Of a DNA stretch of 64,000 nucleotides, positions 59,785 to 64,000 are shown in pieces. The notes under the pieces were generated by a model. It was not told where the DNA came from and searched no databases. It saw only the letters and a list, made by a program, of their open reading frames with translations. The stretch lies in the NCBI RefSeq assembly GCF_018500155.2, contig NZ_JAHBAK020000026.1, positions 387 through 64,386 on the forward strand, read 5' to 3'. The translations under genes and the position numbers were made by a program. Source of the stretch: Polynucleobacter sp. (GTDB lineage Bacteria > Pseudomonadota > Gammaproteobacteria > Burkholderiales > Burkholderiaceae). Position 1 is the stretch's first letter. Each line of letters opens with the position of its first letter.

Positions 59785-61281
59785 ATGAATATGGTGACTC
59801 CACCCCCCGATTTAGCCGCTATCAGCGCACTTCAATCAAAACTGGTTTCGGCCCTACGCCCGATACTCCCAGAATATGCCCTGCTTTGGGAGCCAGAAGA
59901 TACGATTCCCTATGAATGCGACGGTTTAGCAGCCTACAGACGAATGCCCTTGGCTGTTGCTCTCCCAGAAACAGAGGAGCAGGTCGCCAAAATTCTGAAA
60001 ATTTGCTACGAAATGCAAATTCCAGTAGTACCTCGTGGCTCAGGGACAGGTCTATCGGGTGGCGCAATGCCAATCTCCCAAGGCCTGGTTTTATCGCTAG
60101 CTAAACTAAAAAAAATTATTAGCATCGACCCATTCACACGCACTGCGGTGGTTCAGCCCGGAGTTCGTAACCTGGCAATATCAGAAGCGGTTGCTCATCT
60201 AGGCTTGTATTACGCTCCGGATCCTTCTTCGCAAATTGCCTGCTCAATTGGTGGCAACGTCAATGAAAACTCTGGGGGAGTTCACTGTCTTAAATATGGT
60301 CTGACATTACACAATGTTTTGCGAGTTCGCGGTGTATTGATGAATGGTGAAGTTGTGGAATTCGGTAGCTTGGCCCCAGATTCGCCTGGGTTAGATTTAT
60401 TAGCCATCGTGATGGGTAGCGAAGGTATGTTGGCAGTTGTAACCGAAGTCACTGTGAAACTAGTTGCAAAGCCCAAATTAGCACGCGTGATTATGGCGAG
60501 CTTTGATGATATTGAAAAAGGTGGTAACGCAGTAGCGGCCATTATTGCTGCTGGCATTATTCCTGCAGGCTTGGAAATGATGGATAAGGCAACTACGCGT
60601 GCTGTTGAAGAATTTGTGCATGCTGGCTATGACTTAGATGCTGCTGCCATTTTGCTCTGTGAATCCGATGGCACTCCAGAGGAAGTTGCTGAAGAAATTG
60701 AGCGCATGACAAAAGTACTGGAGCGTGCAGGTGCCAGTGGTATTCAAATATCTCAAAATGAAACTGAGCGCTTAAAGTTTTGGAGTGGTAGAAAAAACGC
60801 ATTCCCTGCTGCCGGTCGGATAGCGGCAGATTATTACTGCATGGATGGCACCATTCCCCGTAGACACATTGCTACTCTCCTAAGGCGCATTCAAGGCATG
60901 GAAGAAAAATATGGTTTGGGATGCCTCAATGTATTTCATGCCGGCGATGGCAATATGCATCCCCTGATTCTATTTAACGGTGCTGATGAAGATGAATGGC
61001 ATCGTGCTGAAGCTTTTGGCACAGAAATTTTAGAGGCTTGTGTCGAGCTTGGCGGCACCATCACTGGCGAGCACGGCGTTGGCATCGAAAAAATCAATTC
61101 CATGTGCGTGCAATTTGGCGAAGGTGAAAGAGAATCTTTCTGGGGAGTGAAAGCCGCTTTTGATCCTGAAAAACTACTCAATCCTGATAAAGCTATTCCG
61201 ACTTTGAATCGTTGCGCAGAATATGGTCGTATGCGAATTAGTGGTGGCATTCTTCCTCACCCTGAATTGGAGCGCTTCTAA
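59785..61281 (+). CDS. glcD: Glycolate oxidase subunit GlcD (start 59767-59791 uncertain)
   Basis: YECDGL, PRGSGTGLSGGA, YAPDPSSQIACSIGGN..ENSGG.HCLKYG, FHAGDGNMHP, GEHGVG.EK. Confidence 0.93.
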   Translation: MNMVTPPPDLAAISALQSKLVSALRPILPEYALLWEPEDTIPYECDGLAAYRRMPLAVALPETEEQVAKILKICYEMQIPVVPRGSGTGLSGGAMPISQGLVLSLAKLKKIISIDPFTRTAVVQPGVRNLAISEAVAHLGLYYAPDPSSQIACSIGGNVNENSGGVHCLKYGLTLHNVLRVRGVLMNGEVVEFGSLAPDSPGLDLLAIVMGSEGMLAVVTEVTVKLVAKPKLARVIMASFDDIEKGGNAVAAIIAAGIIPAGLEMMDKATTRAVEEFVHAGYDLDAAAILLCESDGTPEEVAEEIERMTKVLERAGASGIQISQNETERLKFWSGRKNAFPAAGRIAADYYCMDGTIPRRHIATLLRRIQGMEEKYGLGCLNVFHAGDGNMHPLILFNGADEDEWHRAEAFGTEILEACVELGGTITGEHGVGIEKINSMCVQFGEGERESFWGVKAAFDPEKLLNPDKAIPTLNRCAEYGRMRISGGILPHPELERF

Positions 61282-62426
61282 TGACTGCGACCAATCACAC
61301 TATAGAGAACTTTCGCGAGCAGATTCTTGGCGCAGCTAAAAGTAATACCACTCTTTCAATCGAGGGTGGCGGCACCAAATCTTGGTATGGAAATGATCAT
61401 TCTTTCAAAAAACTAAACACTCAGTCCTATTCAGGGATTTTGGAATACCAACCCGAAGAGCTTGTGATTACGGCTTGTGCTGGCACTCCATTGCAAGAAA
61501 TTGAAGCAGCACTAGCAGAAAAAAATCAGGTGCTCGCTTTTGAACCACCCCACTTTGGTGAGCGCGCAACTTTTGGTGGTGCTATTGCAGCTGGTCTTGC
61601 TGGTCCCGGACGAATTAGCGCAGGCAATTTACGAAACTTTGTATTAGGCGCCCGAATACTTGACGGCAAAGGCCAAGATCTCTCATTTGGCGGCAAGGTA
61701 ATGAAAAACGTAGCTGGGTACGATGTATCGCGTTTATTACCAGGCTCAATGGGAACGTTAGCGCTCTTATTGGAAGCATCGGTCAAAGTGTTACCCAAAC
61801 CTGCAGCGACTGCATCACTGCGTTGTCAGATTACTCAAGAAAATGCATTGCAGATTCTTAATGAGTGGGCAGGTCAGCCTTTGCCTCTCTCTGCGAGTTG
61901 CTGGATTGGTAAAGGCAGTGGACATCATGGGGAACTGACTATTCGACTTGCTGGAGCTGTAGCTGCCGTCAAAGCTGCTATTCCACTGATGAGCGCGCGC
62001 GTCAATGCAGTAGAAATTTCCGCACAAGATGCAGAAATATTTTGGCATGCTCTACGCGAGCAAAAGCTTTCTACGTTTGCTAATTTAGGGAAAGATCAAA
62101 CACTCTATCGTTTAGCGCTACCTGCTGCTTGTGGAGCCCTTCACATACCTAATACTGATGATGAATGGGTATTGGAATGGCATGGGCAACAACGGTGGTT
62201 CAAGGGCAATAGTGATGATGCCACTTTCTCTGCTATTAAAAACCTTGCCACTCGTCATGGCGGTCATGCCACTCGCTTTAAATTGGGCGCCGATGTTGAT
62301 CCCACTCTTGAGCGCTTTACATTGCTCAGTGAGCAAGCCCATTCCAAAGCACTTGAAGCAGTTCAAGCCCGTTTGAGATCTGCATTTGATCCTGCTGGCG
62401 TATTTGCCACAAAACGTCTTCCTTAG
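61281..62426 (+). CDS. glcE: Glycolate oxidase subunit GlcE
   Basis: GGGTKSW, Y.PEELV, FEPPHFG, GGKVMKNVAGYDVSRL, FDPAGVF. Confidence 0.93.
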   Translation: MTATNHTIENFREQILGAAKSNTTLSIEGGGTKSWYGNDHSFKKLNTQSYSGILEYQPEELVITACAGTPLQEIEAALAEKNQVLAFEPPHFGERATFGGAIAAGLAGPGRISAGNLRNFVLGARILDGKGQDLSFGGKVMKNVAGYDVSRLLPGSMGTLALLLEASVKVLPKPAATASLRCQITQENALQILNEWAGQPLPLSASCWIGKGSGHHGELTIRLAGAVAAVKAAIPLMSARVNAVEISAQDAEIFWHALREQKLSTFANLGKDQTLYRLALPAACGALHIPNTDDEWVLEWHGQQRWFKGNSDDATFSAIKNLATRHGGHATRFKLGADVDPTLERFTLLSEQAHSKALEAVQARLRSAFDPAGVFATKRLP

Positions 62427-62452
62427 ACATCTATAGCCCTCAACTGTTTCCT

Positions 62453-63730
62453 ATGCAAACTCAACTCGCCCCTCAATTTGCCAATACACTAGAAGGTTTG
62501 GAAGCAGCCCGCATATTAGGGAAATGTGTGCACTGCGGATTTTGCACTGCCACTTGCCCTACCTATCAACTGCTTGGCGACGAACTAGACGGTCCACGAG
62601 GCAGAATTTATTTAATTAAACAAATTGCAGAAGGCCAAACTCCTACTGAAAAAACACGTTTACATTTAGATCGCTGCCTTACCTGCCGCAATTGCGAAAG
62701 CACTTGCCCCAGTGGCGTGCAATATGGCAACTTAGTAGATATTGGGCGCAAGTGGGCTGAAGAAAACACCCCTGCACGCCCGCTTGGACAGCGGCTTACC
62801 CGATGGGCTCTTAAGGAAGGTCTCACTAAACCTGCATTGTTTAACTCTGCAATGGCATTAGGTCGACTAGTGCGACCTTTCATGCCTCAAAGTATTCAGC
62901 GCAAAATACCGTTGGTAAAAAATCGCGCATTACATTCTGCTGTAGATCCTTATGCAAGACCCACCGCCATGCATAAACGCAAAATGTTGATCTTGGAAGG
63001 CTGCGTACAACCCGGCATGCTCCCTAATATCAATTCAGCTACCGCTCGTGTACTAGATGCACTCAAGATTCAAGTGATTAGTGCGCCTAATGCCACCTGT
63101 TGTGGCGCATTACGTTATCACCTCAACGATCAAGCTGGCGGGCTGGAGAATGCCAAGCAAAATATTGATGCATGGTGGCCACTGATAGAGCAAGGGGTTG
63201 ACGCGATAGTGATGACTGCCTCAGGTTGTGGCGTCATGGTGAAAGACTATGGCCATCTTTTGGCAAATGATCCAGCTTACGCTACCAAAGCAAAACACAT
63301 TGCTTCGCTCACCAAAGATATTTCAGAGATCTTGCCAGCATTACAAGAAGAACTCATTGCATTAATTGGCCAAGATCCGAAGCCAGGAGTGGTATACCAC
63401 CCTCCATGCACATTGCAGCATGGACAACAGATTCGTGGAAAGGTGGAGAGTCTTCTAACTAACCTTGGAATTGGCGTACGCCTCTGTCAAGACAGCCATC
63501 TTTGCTGTGGCTCAGCAGGTACATACTCTGTTACCCAACCGGAGTTATCCGAACAACTGCGGAAAAATAAACTTGCTCACCTCAACGCCGCTTGCGAAGA
63601 GTCGGGCGCTAAAGTGATTGTGTCAGGCAACATTGGTTGCATAACCCATCTTCAACAAGAGGACGCTCCAGTGCTGCATTGGATCGAAATCATCGATCAG
63701 TTAATGAGCAAATCTGCTAAGAATTCATGA
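62453..63730 (+). CDS. glcF: Glycolate oxidase iron-sulfur subunit GlcF
   Basis: CVHCGFCTATCP, CLTCRNCESTCP, two CCG domains (CCGA, CCGSAGTY). Confidence 0.95.
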   Translation: MQTQLAPQFANTLEGLEAARILGKCVHCGFCTATCPTYQLLGDELDGPRGRIYLIKQIAEGQTPTEKTRLHLDRCLTCRNCESTCPSGVQYGNLVDIGRKWAEENTPARPLGQRLTRWALKEGLTKPALFNSAMALGRLVRPFMPQSIQRKIPLVKNRALHSAVDPYARPTAMHKRKMLILEGCVQPGMLPNINSATARVLDALKIQVISAPNATCCGALRYHLNDQAGGLENAKQNIDAWWPLIEQGVDAIVMTASGCGVMVKDYGHLLANDPAYATKAKHIASLTKDISEILPALQEELIALIGQDPKPGVVYHPPCTLQHGQQIRGKVESLLTNLGIGVRLCQDSHLCCGSAGTYSVTQPELSEQLRKNKLAHLNAACEESGAKVIVSGNIGCITHLQQEDAPVLHWIEIIDQLMSKSAKNS

Positions 63731-64000
63731 ATCCAATTGTTGTTAACCTGATTCAGGTACGAAACCGAATTGAGTTGGCTGCTTTAGCAGCTCAGCGCGA
63801 ACCAGAAGATATTGAACTATTAGCTGTCAGCAAAACATTCCCAGCCTCAGCCATTGAGGAAGCAATGCATGCCGGTCAATCTGCTTTTGGCGAAAACTAT
63901 GTCCAAGAAGGCGTTGAGAAAATTATTCAGTTAGAAAAGTTACGTCCATGGTTAACCTGGCACTTTATTGGACCACTTCAAAGCAATAAAACCAGAGAAG
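63727..64000 (+). CDS. yggS: YggS-family PLP-binding protein, 3'-truncated by window edge (not in ORF track)
   Basis: Manual translation: MNPIVVNLIQVRNRIE...LLAVSKTF...FGENYVQEG...WHFIGPLQSNKT; ATG overlaps the glcF stop. Confidence 0.93.
   Translation, partial: MNPIVVNLIQVRNRIELAALAAQREPEDIELLAVSKTFPASAIEEAMHAGQSAFGENYVQEGVEKIIQLEKLRPWLTWHFIGPLQSNKTRE

Noticed and set aside
1-64000. rRNA, tRNA, CRISPR arrays, IS elements, integrases, prophage or defence genes
   Set aside because: Nearly all sequence is accounted for by recognisable CDSs. I read all larger spacers and found no cloverleaf/CCA ends, repeat-spacer arrays, terminal inverted repeats or recombinase motifs.

Overview
Compact, housekeeping-gene-dense chromosomal segment of a Burkholderiaceae bacterium. 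Gene order, moderate GC and very short intergenic spacers suggest Polynucleobacter (inference, not verified). About 60 CDSs: argD (partial), livKHMGF, fkpB-ispH, radC, rpmB-rpmG, a DesA-type desaturase, an RsmB/NOP-family methyltransferase, purN, ribF-ileS-lspA-coaBC-dut, a dicarboxylate/amino-acid symporter + aspA + TAXI-type binding protein + Hc1-like small basic protein block, clpS-clpA, a cold-shock gene, DUF192, ppnP, argG, argF, DUF3579, rpsT, murJ, SirB1-like, dedA, miaA, purM, AI-2E, hda, HAD, pcnB, folK, panB, dnaJ-dnaK-grpE-hemH-hrcA, nadK-recN, glnE, yhdP-nitrilase-tldD, aroG, PduO-type adenosyltransferase, glcDEF and yggS (partial). I saw no rRNA, tRNA, CRISPR array, IS element, prophage gene or defence system, and no unambiguous new multi-gene system. 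The observations most worth following up are: (1) a recurrent -10-like hexamer (TAnnnT) 5-7 nt upstream of SD-less ATGs in at least 13 genes, suggesting widespread leaderless mRNAs; (2) an orphan, doubly membrane-anchored TAXI-type protein apparently co-transcribed with aspA and a DAACS symporter; (3) an Hc1/histone-like small protein; (4) apparent clean loss of mutL at the dedA-miaA junction.
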